A stretch of 46,961 bases of DNA from Chiloscyllium plagiosum (lineage: Eukaryota), in contig NC_057752.1 in NCBI RefSeq assembly GCF_004010195.1, positions 2,313,750 to 2,360,710 of the forward strand, written 5' to 3'. Both the position numbers and the translations under genes were made by a program. Below are positions 1-12,370 of the stretch, one piece after another. Below the pieces are notes generated by a model, which saw only the letters and a program-made list of their open reading frames with translations, was not told the DNA's origin and ran no database searches. Position 1 is the stretch's first letter, and the number at the start of each line of letters is the position of its first letter.

Positions 1-604
1 TCTGCTTTATTATGTTTATTTATGTTTTGCTGGGAGTTGGGAAGGGGGAGCGTTAGGGAAGAAATGCAGTATGGAAAAAGGAAAGGGGAATTTTTTTTAA
101 AACAAAAGGCATGCACTCTGGTGAAAAATTAAGGATTAAGTGGACGTAACTGTGATGCAGAAAGCTTATTCAGCTCACTGCACAAGGAAAGTAATCAGTC
201 ATCAAAGCGGGTTGAAAGTCAATATAAGGCTGAGCAGCCGAACAATTAAGTCAGCAGTCTGGGAGACAGCTATGAATCAAACATGTGGGAGAAGTCAAGC
301 CCTGCATTGCAAACTCGAGTGCCATGTCTGTTAAGGAGGAGAGGCACTTAGTCACAAAAGACAAGAGCTCAGGTGACTACAGTGCAGAGATGATGCCAAC
401 ACCGAGGCCCAACCCAGAGAGGAATGCTTAGGCGCTCTGCGATGTTTAGGACAATCATATTCTCCTGCTTCATGCTGGGGCACTGCTCCTATACAATGGC
501 CTGCTCCTCCCTCTTCAGTCCTGACTCACTGCATCTCCTCCTCAGGCTGATACAGTGCAGCACTGCTGCAGTGCCATCTTTTACGTGAGGTGGAAAGACC
601 ATCA

Positions 605-835
605 GACATAAGAACAGAAGAAGGCCATTCAGCCCATCAAATCTGCACCACCATTCAATGAGATCGTGGCTGATCTGATGATCCTCAACTCCAATTTCCT
701 GCTTTTCCCCCATAACCCTTGATTCCCTCATTGATTAAAAATCTATCTCAGCTTTGAATGTACTTAATGACCCAGGCTTGACAGCCCTCTGTGGTAAAGA
801 ATTCCACAGATTCACTCCCCTCTGAGAGAAGAAAG
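605..835 (-). mobile_element. CR1-type LINE 3' end fragment
   Basis: Reverse complement of the CR1 3' UTR (cataagaacagaag...ggccattcagccc...gaattccacagattcac), similar to the copy at 38485-38830. Confidence 0.75.
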
Positions 836-1084
836 GTGCTATATAAATGCAGTTTGATTGGCTTGTATTTTGATTTCCTAGCTGTGCTCAATCCTAAACT
901 TGTTTCACAATGGATGCCAGTTTTTGCCAGTCTAGGATCAGTGAGACTGGTTTTACCAGCTTATTTACCCATCAAATACATCTTTAATATAATTTGCACA
1001 TATTAAAATGTATTTAATATCCCATTATCAGATTATAACAGAATATTCACTGTCCAATTAGTTTTCCTCTTGCTGTTCATGATG

Positions 1085-2022
1085 AAAGCCATTTACATCA
1101 ATGATTTGGATGAGAATATAGGAAGCATGGTGAGTAAGTCTGCGGACAACACCAAAATTGATGGCATAGCAGAAAGTGACAAAGGTTTCCTAAGATTACA
1201 AAGGCACCTTGATCAAATGGGTCAATGGGCTGAGAAATGGCAGATGGAGTTCAGTCTGGATAAATGTGAGGTATTGCATTTTGGTACAACTAACAAGGGT
1301 AGGGCTTATACAATTAATGGTAGGGCCTTGGGTAGTGTTGTAGAACAGAGGGACCTAGGGGTTCCGGTACATAATTCGTTGATGTTTGCCTCACATATCG
1401 ACAGGGTAGTAAAGAAGGTGTTTACCACGCCTGCCTTCATTCTGAGTATAGGAGTTGGGACGTGTTGTTGAGGTTGTACAGGACATTGGTGAGGCCTCTT
1501 CTGGAATACTGTGTCCAGTTCTGGTCGCCCTGTTATAGGAAGGATATTATTCAGCTGGAGTGGATTCAGAAGAGATTTACCAGGATGTTGCCAGATCTGG
1601 AAGGTTTGAGTTATAAAGAAAGGCTGGATAGGCTGGGACTTCTTTCACTGGAGCATAGGATGTTGAGAGGTGACCTTATAGAGGTTTATAAAATCATGAG
1701 GGGTATAGATAAGGTTAATGGTAGGTGTCTTTTCCCTAGGATGGGGGCTTTCAAGACTCGGGGCACATTTTTAAGGTGAGAGGAGAGAGATTTAAAAAAA
1801 TACTTTTTTTTTAAACAGAGGGTGGTTCACGTGTGGAATGGACTTCCTGAGGAAGTGGTGGATGTGTGGGCAATTGCAAAGTTTAAAAGGTATTTGGATA
1901 AGTTCATGAGTAGGAAAGGTTTGGAGGGATATGGGCCAGGAGCAGGCAGGTGGGAATAGTTTAGTTTGGGATTATGGACTGGTTGGACCGAAGGGTCTGT
2001 TTCCATGCTGTATGACTCTATG
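1085..2022 (+). mobile_element. CR1/HER1-type LINE, 5'-truncated; frameshifted RT C-terminal half and 3' UTR
   Basis: ORFs 1070-1471 and 1462-1779 give YINDLD..SKSADNTK..WQMEF..KCEVLHFG and LVRPLLEYCVQFWSP..RGDLIEVYKI; ends in tatgactctatga tail. Confidence 0.95.
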
Positions 2023-2099
2023 ACCAGGGCATTACAGTTGATCGCTGGGTTTTGCAAGATGCTCTTCAGAGTGAACAAGGATGTAGTAATGATAGAGTG

Positions 2100-2390
2100 A
2101 TGGTGGTGTTATGGTAACGTCACTGGGTTAGTAATCCAGAGAGCTGGCCCAATGCTGTAAGGCTGTGGGTTCAAATTTCACAACTGCAGCTGGTGGAATT
2201 CAAATTCAGTCTATAAATCTGGAACATAAAACCAGTCTCAGCATTTGTTGCAAACAACCCCATCTTGTTCACCAATGTCCTTTACAGAAGGAAATCTTCT
2301 GGCCACCACATGATTCCAGACCCACAGCAAAGTGATTTACTCCAAACTGCCCTCTGGGAAATAAACGCTGCCCACATCCTGTAAATTAAT
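2100..2390 (+). mobile_element. tRNA-derived SINE (family with LINE-like tail)
   Basis: B-box gggttcaaatttc; body similar to 22755-23080, 33405-33725 and 34420-34800. Confidence 0.75.
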
Positions 2391-3027
2391 GATGTGAGTG
2401 ACTCTTACATGCCGTTCATTTGAGGGGCAATCAGAGAAGGGCAGTGGACACTAGCACTGTCCTCACGAAAACAGAAAGAGATGTTATATTGTCTACTGTT
2501 CAAGTTTTAGGTGAATATAATTCCCAAGCGGATATTGAAACAAAAATGTACACAGCACCAGATGTGGAATCAGGCGCAATGTGACATTGTCAGAATATAA
2601 AGTACATTCAGCAGATTGACAAAATTGTGCTCCCTGAGGGAGTTCAGTGCTGAAGGGGTCAGCTCAGAGATCAGGCTATGAACCGCGATGGTAATTCTCC
2701 TTCCTGTCGCCTGAAGTTTTCTGCTGAGCCCAGAGAGTGCTAAGTTTTCCTGCTGCAGTGTGTTACTGTGGTGCACGGCAATCTGGGAAGGTCTGGAATC
2801 ACTGGTACTAGGCTCTCCCCTCTCAGAACCTGGCCTGAGCATCTTCCTCCATGTGATAGCAAGAAAAACAGTTGGACGGGGCACTTCTGAGGAAGATGCA
2901 ACATTAAAAGCGGTTAGACAGTGCACAGGCTTTAATGGTGATATCAGGCCTGTTATTGCAGCCTGCTTTGAGAGAAGAAGCATCCAACAGCATGAGTACA
3001 CAACCAAGTTAAATGTCTCATTTGTCA

Positions 3028-4345
3028 TAAGACTACAAAAGAATTAGGAGCAGGAGGGTATCATTCAGCCCCTCAAGCTTGCCCTGTCATTCAATAAGGC
3101 CATGGCCAATCCAGCCCAGGCCTCATATGCTCTATTTGACCAGCTGCCCACAGCCATCAACTCTTCAATATTTCAAAAATTTATCTATCTCCTTTAAATA
3201 CTTTGTGGTCAAGCCTCTACGACTGCCTGTATTCCAGACATTCACACCCTTCAGAAGAAATTCCTTTGCATCTCAGTTCTAAATAGTGCCCCCTTATTCT
3301 ATCACTATGTCTTTTAGTTCATGGTTCCCTAACATCATCTCAACATTTTCCCCTGTAAAGCCCTCTCAGACTCTTGTTGGTTTCAATAAAATCATCCTCA
3401 TTCTTCTAAACTCTAAGAAATACAGCCCTCACCTGTTTAGCTGGTCTTGACAAGTCAACCCCTCCATCCCAGGAATCAGCCAAGTGAATCTCTGTTGAAC
3501 TGCCTTCAATGCTGATAGATCCTTTCTTAAATATGAGGGCCACAACTGTGCCCACTACTCCAGGTGCAACTACACAGTTGGAACAAAACTTGCCTATTTT
3601 TAAATTCCAGCTCTCAAGCAATGATAGCTAAAATTCCATGTGCCTTCTTAATTACTTGCTGCACCTACATGCTAATGTTTTGTGTTTTATGCACAAGAAC
3701 ACCCACATCCCTCTGCATTGCATTCCTTCAGAGCTTCTCTCAGCTTAAAGAATAGTCTGAAAATGTGTTGCTGGAGAAGCGCAGCAGGTCAGGCAGCATC
3801 CAGGGAACAGGAGAATCGACGTTTCGGTCATAAGCCCTTCTTCAGGAGGGCATAAGCCATTCCTGAAGAAGGGCTTATGCCCGAAAAGTCGATTCTCCTG
3901 TTCCTTGGATGCTGCCTGACCTGCTGCACTTCTCCAGCAACACATTTTCAGCTCTGATCTCCAGCATCTGCAGTCCTCACTTTCTCCTTAAAGAATAGTC
4001 TGTCTTTTGATTCTTCCTAACAAAGTGTATGACCTCACACACTTCCCAACATTAAGCTCTGTCTGCCAAGTTTATCCCCCCTCACTCAACCTATGTATAC
4101 CCCCTTGCAGATTCCATATGTCCTCATCACAACATTTCCTCCCACCTATTTTTGTACAATAAACAAATGCATTACACTGTGCACCTTCCTCCAGGTCACT
4201 AATGTAGATAGTAAATAAATTGAGGCTCAAGGACTGATCCTTATGGCACTCCACTAGTTACTTATTTCCTGACTGAAAAAGACCCATTAATGCCGACTCT
4301 CTGTCTCCTGTGTGTGAACCAATCCTCAATCCGTGTTAACAGTAC
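3028..4345 (-). mobile_element. Old CR1 LINE fragment interrupted by a palindromic PLE-derived insertion
   Basis: 3' UTR at the left end; ORF 4072-4254 contains LFTIYISDLEEG; sequence continues across the 3760-3986 insertion. Confidence 0.85.
3760..3986. mobile_element. Palindromic Penelope-derived short element (family A) with two opposed hammerhead motifs
   Basis: ~90-bp inverted arms; flanked by exact direct repeat cttaaagaatagtctg (3744-3759 and 3987-4002); CTGAAGA-A-GGGC-TTAT-GCCC-GAAA at 3863-3886 and an antisense copy at ~3818-3845. Confidence 0.85.
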
Positions 4346-4364
4346 TATGGGCTCCTACCTTTCT

Positions 4365-5480
4365 TTTTATTAATTTGTCGGACCTGAGTGTCACTGGCTG
4401 GACTCAGCCTTTATTGCTCGTCCCTAGTTGCCCCTTGAGAAGATGGGGTTGAGCTACCTTCTTGAACCGCTGCAGTCCATGTGCTGTAGGTTGACCCACA
4501 ATGACCTTAGGGATGGAATTCCAGGATTTTGACCCAACGACACTGAGGGAATGGCGATATATTTCCAAGTCAGGGTGGTGAGTGGCTTGGAGGGGAACTT
4601 GCAAGAGGTAGTGTTCCCTTGTATCTGCTGCTCTTATCCTTTTAGATGGAAGTGGTTGTGGGTTTGGAAGGTGCTGTCTGAGGACTTTTGGTGAATTTCT
4701 GCAGTGCGTCTTGTAGATAGTACACACTCTTGCTACTGAGCGTCGGTGGGGGAAGGAGTGGATGTTTGTGGATGTGGTGTAACTCAAGTGTGTTGCTTTG
4801 TCTGAGATGGGATCAAGCTTCTTGAGTGTTATTGAAGCGGCACCATTCCAGGCAAGTGGGGAGTATTCCATCATACTCCTAACTTGTGCCTTGTAGGCAG
4901 GCCTTGGGAAGTCAGGAGGTGAGTTACAAACTGCAATATTCCTAGCCTCTGACCTGCTCTTGTAGCCACTGTGTTGTGTGGTGAGTCCAGTTGAGTTTCC
5001 CTACAATATTGATAGTGGAGGATTCACTGATAGTGACACCATTAAATGACATGGGGCGGTAGTTAAATTGTCTCTTATTGGAGATTGCCTGGCATCTGTG
5101 TGGCACAAATGTTACTTGCCACTTATCAGCCCAAGTCTGGATATTGTCCAGGTCTTGTTGCATTTGAACATGGACTGCTTCAGTATCTGAGGAATCGCGA
5201 ATGGTGCTGAACATTGTATAATCATCAGTGAACATCCCGAATTCTGACCTTATGATGGAGGTAGGGTCATTGATGAAGCAGCTGAAGATGGTTGGGCCTA
5301 GGTCATACCCTGAGGAACTCCTGCAGAGATGTCCTGGAGTTGAGATGACTGACCTCCAACAACCACAACATCTTCCTATGTGCCAGGTATGGCTCCAGCC
5401 AGCGGAGAGTTTGCTCCCTGATACCCATTGATTCCAGTTTTGTTGGGGGCTCACCCTCGATCAAATGTGGCCTTGATGGC
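4365..5480 (-). mobile_element. CR1-group LINE fragment (second family; RT C-terminus and 3' tail)
   Basis: LGPTIFSCFIND..MFTDD..MQQDLDNIQTWADKWQVTF and MEYSPLAW...SKSWNS; tail aaggggcaactaggg...aataaa. Confidence 0.9.
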
Positions 5481-5860
5481 AAGACTTATCTTGTGCAATA
5501 ACCTTTTATAAGACATCTTACAGAATGCCTTCTGGAAATCCAAATACAATACATCTACCAGTTCCCCTTTGTCAACTCTGCTCATTCCATCCTCAAACAA
5601 ACTCACAAAATTGTCAAACATGATTCCTCTTTCACAAAACCGTGTTGACTGATTGTGTGAAACCTTTCTAAATGTACTGCTTTTCTTCATTGATAATAGA
5701 CTCTAACATTTTCCCAATGACATATGTTAAGCTAACTAGCCTATAGTTTCCTACGTTCTATCTGCCTCTCTTCTTGAAGAGACAGATCACATTAGCAGGT
5801 TTTCAACCTCAGAATCCAGTGTCTTCTGCACTATTCCGATCAATGCCTCCACTATCTCTT
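5480..5860 (-). mobile_element. CR1 LINE RT N-terminal fragment
   Basis: ORF 5451-5690 contains VDKGELVDVLYLDFQKAF. Confidence 0.85.
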
Positions 5861-6164
5861 CAAAATGGAATCTATAGGTACAGGTGTGTGTAGGTACTGG
5901 CAGGAGGGCATAGAGCATCTTTTGGGTGACCTGACTAGCCTGGCATCCCTCTTCCATTCTCCACTTCTTTGGATGAGGCAAATAGAGGCATTTCCATTGG
6001 GGAAAATCTGATGGTGCTGGGGGCAGGAGAATTGCAAGTCCCAGGAAGGGATACAAAGAAAGGCTAACAAATAGTTTAAGTACACTCACCTTTTGTACCT
6101 CTGTATTCTTTCCAAGCTTCTAGGATACCTACTGCTGCTCTTGATGCCCATTTCAAATGGGTGG

Positions 6165-6782
6165 TGCTATGGACAAGGCCAGACACCACCCCCCCCAACA
6201 AAACAGTTCAAGAAAGTAGCCCAGACCCTAACTTTGCTAGTTGTTTTAAGTAGGTGTAATGTGGATATTCCAGGAGGGATGCAATTGGGTAAATGTAGTT
6301 TTAAACAAAACATAATTTATTTACCAGATTACAGAATGAAACACAAGTAAAAAAGAACACAATACAGAATAACTTAACCTATCCGAATACCCAACAGATT
6401 ATCCCAACTTAATGATGCTATTCCAAATACTTACAGCATTCCCTGAAAACACCCCTTGGCACAAAAGGTAAAATCAAATCCAGGAGAGGGGTCAGAGAGA
6501 GGACCTGCATGGACCACCTACTTTGGGTCCAGCAGTTTTTTTAAAACTGCCAGACTGCTTTCAGTGAATAGCCAGACCAAACCAGACCAGAGCAAAGCTA
6601 AGCTGGGAGAAATGCCCACTCCCCTTCCATTGTACAGGCATATTTTTTAAAACTTGAAAGCTTTCCTCCTGAGGCAGTATCTGTTAGCTATAAACAAAAT
6701 GGCCCTGAAACCCTTCAATCCCAGACTTTTCAGAACCTGTGTTTTTACATCCTCCTGAAAGAAAAGGAGCAGCATTATCATT
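6165..6782 (-). repeat. 3' LTR of the Gmr1-like element
   Basis: Alignable by eye with 12371-12992 (tgctatggac/tgttatggac ... ggagcagcat); next to a minus-strand polypurine tract (plus strand cctccccccttt, ~6783-6794). Confidence 0.9.
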
Positions 6783-6989
6783 CCTCCCCCCTTTAAAAAA
6801 AAATCACCCTCATTATCCAAAGATCGCTTCATTTTAAAACCCCTTCATCTTAAACTGCTAGTACCCTATAACACACACAATCATACATTACATGCACCAC
6901 TACATTCTGCTTCAGTCTGTTTCACTCCTGCCACTGAATGCCTCCGTTTCTCATCCAAGTCTCGACAGTGTGTCAACAATCACATTTTC

Positions 6990-7908
6990 TCATCCTGCCA
7001 CATGCCCAATTTTCAAATTGAATGGCTGTAGCAACAAGTTCCACCTAACCAGTCTGGCATTTTTGTCCTTAAATTTCTCCACAAGCTTCAGTGGGTTATG
7101 TTCAGTGTATATGATTGTCTCAAATACATTACTGGTAACATAAACATCAAAATGTTGTAACACCAATACCAAGCTCAAAGTCTCCTTTTCAATTGTCGAA
7201 TATTTCTGCTGATGAATGTTCAATTTCCTGGAGAAATATTGGATTGGTCTTTCTATCTTCTCATCATCTTGCTGTAAGAGCTCAGCACCAACACCCACAT
7301 CACTCACATTGATAGCCACCTTGAATGGCTTTGTGTAATTAGGTGTGGCTAATACTAGGGCAATGGTTAACACAGCTCTCAGGCTGTCAAATACCTTCTG
7401 ACAGTCCGCTGTCCACTGAAACCTTTTTTTAGCAATGCAGTGAGTGGAGCAGCCACATTGCTAAAAGTTGGTACAAATGTTCGATAAAATCCATTCAATC
7501 TCAGGAACTGTAGTACTGCTCTTTTTATTAATGGTATGCAAAACTCCCCAATTAACTTTGTTTTTGCATCCCGTGGGGCCATTTGTCCATGTCCAATAGC
7601 ATGGCCCAGGAAAGTGACTTGGGCTTTGGTAAATGCACTTTTAGCCAGGTTTGCCACCAAGCCTGCCTTCCAAAGTCAATCAAACAAGTCCAACAAATGT
7701 TGGAAATGTTCCTTCCATGAGTGACTAAAAATCACCAGGTTGTCAATATAGACAACACAGTTGGGTAACCGGCAATGACCTCATTGGTTAGTCTCTCAAA
7801 TGTGGCTGGCACATTTTTCATACCAAATGGCATGACTTTGAACTGACATAGTCCATTCGGCATTAGGAAAGCCAAAATTGTCTTTGCTCTTTTTGACGAA
7901 GCTACTTG
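6990..7908 (-). pseudogene. Gypsy RT C-terminal part and RNase H (frameshifted)
   Basis: FKVMPFGMKNVPATFERL; VTFLGH; SDVGVGAELLQ..YFSRKLNIHQQKYSTIEKE..IIYTEHNPL..ARLVRWNLLLQPF. Confidence 0.92.
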
Positions 7909-8782
7909 GTCATAGTCATAGAGATGTACAACACAGAAACAGACCCTTGGGTTCATCTTGTCCATGCCAACCAGATGTCCCAACACAATCTAGTCCCGCC
8001 TGCCAGCACTTGGCCCATATCCCTCCAAACCCTTCCTATTTATATTCCCATCCAGATGCCTTTTAAATGTTGCAATTGTACCAGTCTCCACCACTTCTTC
8101 TGGCAGCTCTGCATGAAAAAGGTGCCCCTGAGGTCTCTTTTATATCTTTCCCCTCTCACCCTAAACCTATGCCCTCTAGTTCTGGACTCCCCGACCCCAG
8201 GGAAAAGACTTTGTCTATTTATCCTATCCATGCCCCGCATGATTTTATAAACCTCAGTAAGGTCACCCCTCAGCCTCCGACGCTCCAGGGAAAACAGCCC
8301 CAGCCTGTTCAGTCTCTCCCTGTAGCTCAAATCCTCCAACCCTGGCATCATCCTTGTGAATCTTTTCTGAGCCCTTTGAAGTTTCACAACATCTTACCGA
8401 TAGGAAGGAGACCAGAATTGCATTCAATATTCCAAAAGTTTCCTAACCAATGTCCTGTACAGCTGCAACATGACCTCCCTACTCAATACTCTGACCAATA
8501 AAGGAAAGCAAACCAAATGCCTTCTTCACTATCCTATCTATTTGCGACTCTACTTTCAAGGAGCTATGAACCTGCTCTTCAAGGTCTCTTTGTTCAGCAA
8601 CACTCCCTTGGACCTTACCATTAAGTGTGTAAGTCCTGCTAAGATTTGCTTTCCCAAAATGCCGCACCTCACATTTATCTAAATTAAACTCCATCTGCCA
8701 TTCCTCAGCCCACTGGCCCATCTGATCAAGATCCCATTGTACTCAGAGGTAACCTTCTTCACTGCCCATTACACCTCCAATT
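7909..8782 (-). mobile_element. CR1 LINE 3' fragment nested inside the Gmr1 RT
   Basis: WQMEFNLDKCEV, RRRLRGDLTEVYKI; splits the host RT between ..LRGYWQ and VASSKRAKT.. Confidence 0.93.
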
Positions 8783-9376
8783 TTGCCAGTAGCCTCTGAG
8801 CAAATCCAACTTAGAAATATAAGTTGCTTGTCCTACTTTCTCAACACAGTCTTCTAAACATGGAATCAGATATGCACCAGTCTTTGTAACTGCATTGACT
8901 TTGCGATAGTCCACACATAACCATTGGGTACCATCTGGCTTTGGCACCATTACTATGGATGTGCTCCAGTCTCTGTAACTCACTTCGATTATGTTGTCTT
9001 GGAGCATGTGCTCTATCTCCTTCTGAACCTGTGCTAACTTTAGACGGTTATACCTATAAGGATATTGCTTAATTGGAACAGCATCTCCCATATCTGCCTC
9101 ATGTATAATTAGGTTAGCACTTCCCAGCTTATTTCCACTTATCTCCCCTTGTGATAGTAATAACTCTTTCAGGTCATTTCGGTTTTCCTGTGGAAGGTAA
9201 CTCAATAATTTATTCCAATTTTTAACAATTTCCTCATTGTCCAATTTGATTTGAGGAATGTCCAATTCAGAATCCTCTGAGCTCAGTCCTTCCTTCTGTG
9301 CTGTAATCATGAACACCTTCTCCTCTTGCTTTCCTTCCCTATCAGAATACCTTTTGAGCATATTCACATGACACAC
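8783..9376 (-). pseudogene. Gypsy RT N-terminal part
   Basis: IKQYPYR..VQKEIEHML..IVMVPKPDGTQWLCVDYRKVNAVTK..KLDLLRGYWQ. Confidence 0.93.
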
Positions 9377-10650
9377 TCTGTGAGATTTCTTTGTCTGGAA
9401 ACCTTATTAAATAGTTCACATTACTCAATTTCCTTTCGACTTGATAAGGTCCACTAAACCTTGCTTTTAAAGGCTCACCTGTTACTGGAAGTAACACCAA
9501 TACCTTATCCCCGATAGCAAAGTTGCAAGTTTTTGATTTTTTTGTCTGCTTCCTGTTTCATGGTATGCTGTTATACTTTTAAATGCTGTCCAGCCAACTC
9601 CCCCACTCTATTTAATCGTTCCCAAAAATTTGGCACAGTCCAAATATGTGGATTCTGAATTCTGACTGACCAATTTCTCCTTAATCAACTTTAGTGGTTC
9701 TCTCACTTCATGCCCAAAGACTAATTCAAATGGATTAAATTTGGTCGATTCATTTGGTGCATCTCTGATCGCTAAAAAGTACAAACGGAATTTCCTTATT
9801 CCAATGATTTGGACAGTTTTGACTATAAGCCCTCAACATGGTCTTTAATATCTGATGCCACCTTTCTTGCGCTCCCTGCGACTAGATGATATATGGTAGA
9901 TTTTAATTGTTTTATTGTCAAGCTGGGAATCGGTTTAGCTCAGTTGGCTGTATTGTTGGTGTACAGAGCAGTGTGGGTTCAATTCCCATCACTGGTTTGA
10001 GGTTACCATAAAGGACTCTCCTTCTCAACGTCTTCCCTCACCTGAGGTCTGGTGGCCCTTAGGTTAAATCACAACCAATCGCTTCTCTCTAATGAGAGAG
10101 CAGCCCCTATGGTCTGGTAGGGCTGTAGTGATGCAGCAATTGTGAGGCTATCCATAATTTCCTTGAATAATTTTGATATAAAGTTTGACCCTTGATCTGA
10201 TTATATCTCTGTGGATAGTTATTATCTACTGAAAAATTTGAGTAATTTTGCTACAATTCTTTTAGCTGTGACATTGCATGATGGAACGACCTCTGGAAAT
10301 CTAGTGGACACATCCTGATTCCCACTTGTTGTTTTAGGTCGGTGTCCTATGCAATCAATTAAGATTCTTCCACAAGGTTCCTCAAATGCAGGAATAGTTA
10401 TTAAAGAAATGGGTTCTTTTCATGCTTATGGTTTTCCAATTACCTGATGCGGCTGGCAAAATCCAACTCCATCCTTGTGCAGTCCAGGCCAGTAAAAATG
10501 TTTTGTATTTTAGCTTGGGGTTTTCTCACTGCTAAATGCCCCCTAGTGGTAGCTCGTGTGCTACCCGCAACACCTCCTTTCTATACCCCACTGGCAATAC
10601 GACTTGATAAACTTCTGCTCATTTCTCATCTGCCTGGATATGTGATGGTC
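9377..10650 (-). pseudogene. Gypsy integrase (disrupted), upstream of RT
   Basis: Manual translation gives KIQKHFYWPGL, DVSTRFPE, SDQGSNF, ERWHQILKTML, PFELVFGHEVREP, and the GPY/F module LKARFSGPYQV. Confidence 0.88.
9925..10138 (+). mobile_element. tRNA-derived SINE nested in the Gmr1 integrase
   Basis: A-box tagctcagttgg, B-box gggttcaattccc; imperfect TSD attgtcaagct (9914-9924) / attgtgaggct (10139-10149). Confidence 0.8.
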
Positions 10651-10867
10651 TCCAGCTCTTCTTTAATACATCACTTTTTAAGATAATAACATTCAGGGAT
10701 ACATTTGGGTTCTTTTTCTGTGTATGCCTTTTGATACGTTTGCTCTAAATTTTCATCTTTCTGCTGTAACTCAGTTAATTTATCTGAACTAAAGATATCT
10801 GCTTTGTCATCCATCTGCTCCTGGCTTGTCTCCACCATCTGATCAAACAGGGTCTCTGCTAATTCCA

Positions 10868-11434
10868 CTAAACTTTCTTATCTGTGCTCTTTGATCTCGC
10901 TTGTTTGAACTGGTGGCTTTGTAACCTCACTACCACACAGTCAGGAAAAATCCCAGGATGTGTGTCCTGCAATAGTTCAGTTGCCAGAGTTTGCACTGGC
11001 TTTTCAACCACAGTTGGCAGCACTCCTACCAGTGAATCAGCTGTATCAATATCAAGGACAAATTGTATTCCTGGAGCTGAGTGTTTGTCCAGTACTCCTA
11101 CCATGACTTTCTCACTCTTCACTGGACACTCTAACCTCACTCTACATAGCTGAGCACTTCTTTTCTCACCGTGAATTCCAGTTACTGGCACCTTTTCTGG
11201 CAATAGTCCTTCAGAGGTACATATCTCCTCATCTTTCAGTGTCACAGACTGAGAGGATCCTGTGTCTCTTAATATTGTAACCTCTTTACCAGCTGCTCCT
11301 GGCCTATGCGAGTAAACTTTACCTTCACAGGTATTTGGTTTAAGAAGATCTGGCTCTTCCTCCTCAACCAGCCTCCGACCAGCTTGTACATTTTGGTGCA
11401 GCTTTCTCGCCTCCACTGTGCTTTCTGTTACCAC
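10868..11434 (-). pseudogene. Gypsy aspartic protease region
   Basis: KEVTILRDTGSSQSV (DTG active-site motif). Confidence 0.9.
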
Positions 11435-11489
11435 TCCGACAACGTTACTGGCTTATCCTGTTTCCCTACATCTGGCTTCCCAGTGTTTT

Positions 11490-12241
11490 TCCTAACCCAC
11501 CAACACTGTGATTTCATGTGGCCTACTTCATTGCTGTGAAAACACCGGAGCTTTTTAACTTCTGTTTCCCCTTCTAGGGTTTATTTTTACCCTGTGGTAA
11601 GTTATCCTTATGATCTTCAACAAGATCTAACGTTCCCTTTCAATGTGAGGATTTCCCTTTTCCCCAATTTCTAATGGGGATTGAAATTGACTCTGGAAGC
11701 CAAACTTTGATTTATGAACCAACTCATAATCATCAGCCACTTCAGCTGCTAACCTCGCTGTTTTAACTCTCTGCTCTTCCACACGAGTTCTCACTACGTC
11801 AGAAAGTGAGTTTTTGAACTTCTGTCTAAGGGCCAATATCTGAAGTTTATAGTTCCTGTCTTTCTTTTTTTCCTTTCTCTCCTTATCTCTCTCTCTCTTT
11901 CTCTTTTTTCTTTTTGTTCTGCTAAAGCAATTCATTCTTTTTCTCTCTCCTCTGCTTTTAATCATAATTCCTTGTCTTTTGCCTCCAACTCAAACTGCTT
12001 CATTTTCAATTGCATTTTAGCCATCTCTAAAGATTCTGATGGTATTTCCAGGAAGTTTAAGTGCTGAGCTCCTGCTGTAATTATCTCTCCTTTCCTCACA
12101 GAAGGAGGCAGCTCCAACTCCATCATGTCTGCTAAATTCCAGCAGCTTGGCCTTAATTACCTTTTGTGAAACCTCCAAAATCACATCTTCCAGCCCCAGA
12201 AAACTCTTGATGACTGAAACAGCCATTGCTGTCCCAAACAC
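11490..12241 (-). pseudogene. gag remnant: coiled-coil, partial SCAN-like capsid domain, degenerate CCHC knuckle
   Basis: FKNSLSDVVRTRVEEQRVKTARLAAEVADDY; CFHSNEVGHMKSQC at ~11503-11545 (second Cys changed to Ser). Confidence 0.8.
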
Positions 12242-12346
12242 TGTTTAAACCAACTGCATTCAACACCCAGAACAAAAGACACTAACATCTACCACTTGGT
12301 GCCTTTGAGTCCAACAACCCTAATCCCAATTTGGAACTACAGAACA

Positions 12347-12368
12347 AATCCCACAAAGAGCCCCCCAA
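12347..12368 (-). promoter_or_regulatory. Degenerate primer-binding site, tRNA-Pro-like
   Basis: Minus strand ttggggggctctttgtgggatt just inside the 5' LTR resembles TGGGGGCTCGTCCGGGAT. Confidence 0.7.
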
Positions 12369-12370
12369 TC

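Noticed and set aside
2830..2890. EVPRPTVFL after a phase-1 acceptor resembling the start of an Ig constant exon
   Set aside because: No conserved Cys/Trp pattern of an Ig domain follows
3760..3986. Palindromic elements interpreted as MITEs (DNA transposons)
   Set aside because: Asymmetric tail, long variable TSDs, hammerhead motifs and linkage of the related family B to a GIY-YIG ORF favour a PLE origin
9925..10000. tRNA gene candidates here and at the other SINE heads
   Set aside because: A/B boxes are present but there is no cloverleaf, and each continues into a SINE body
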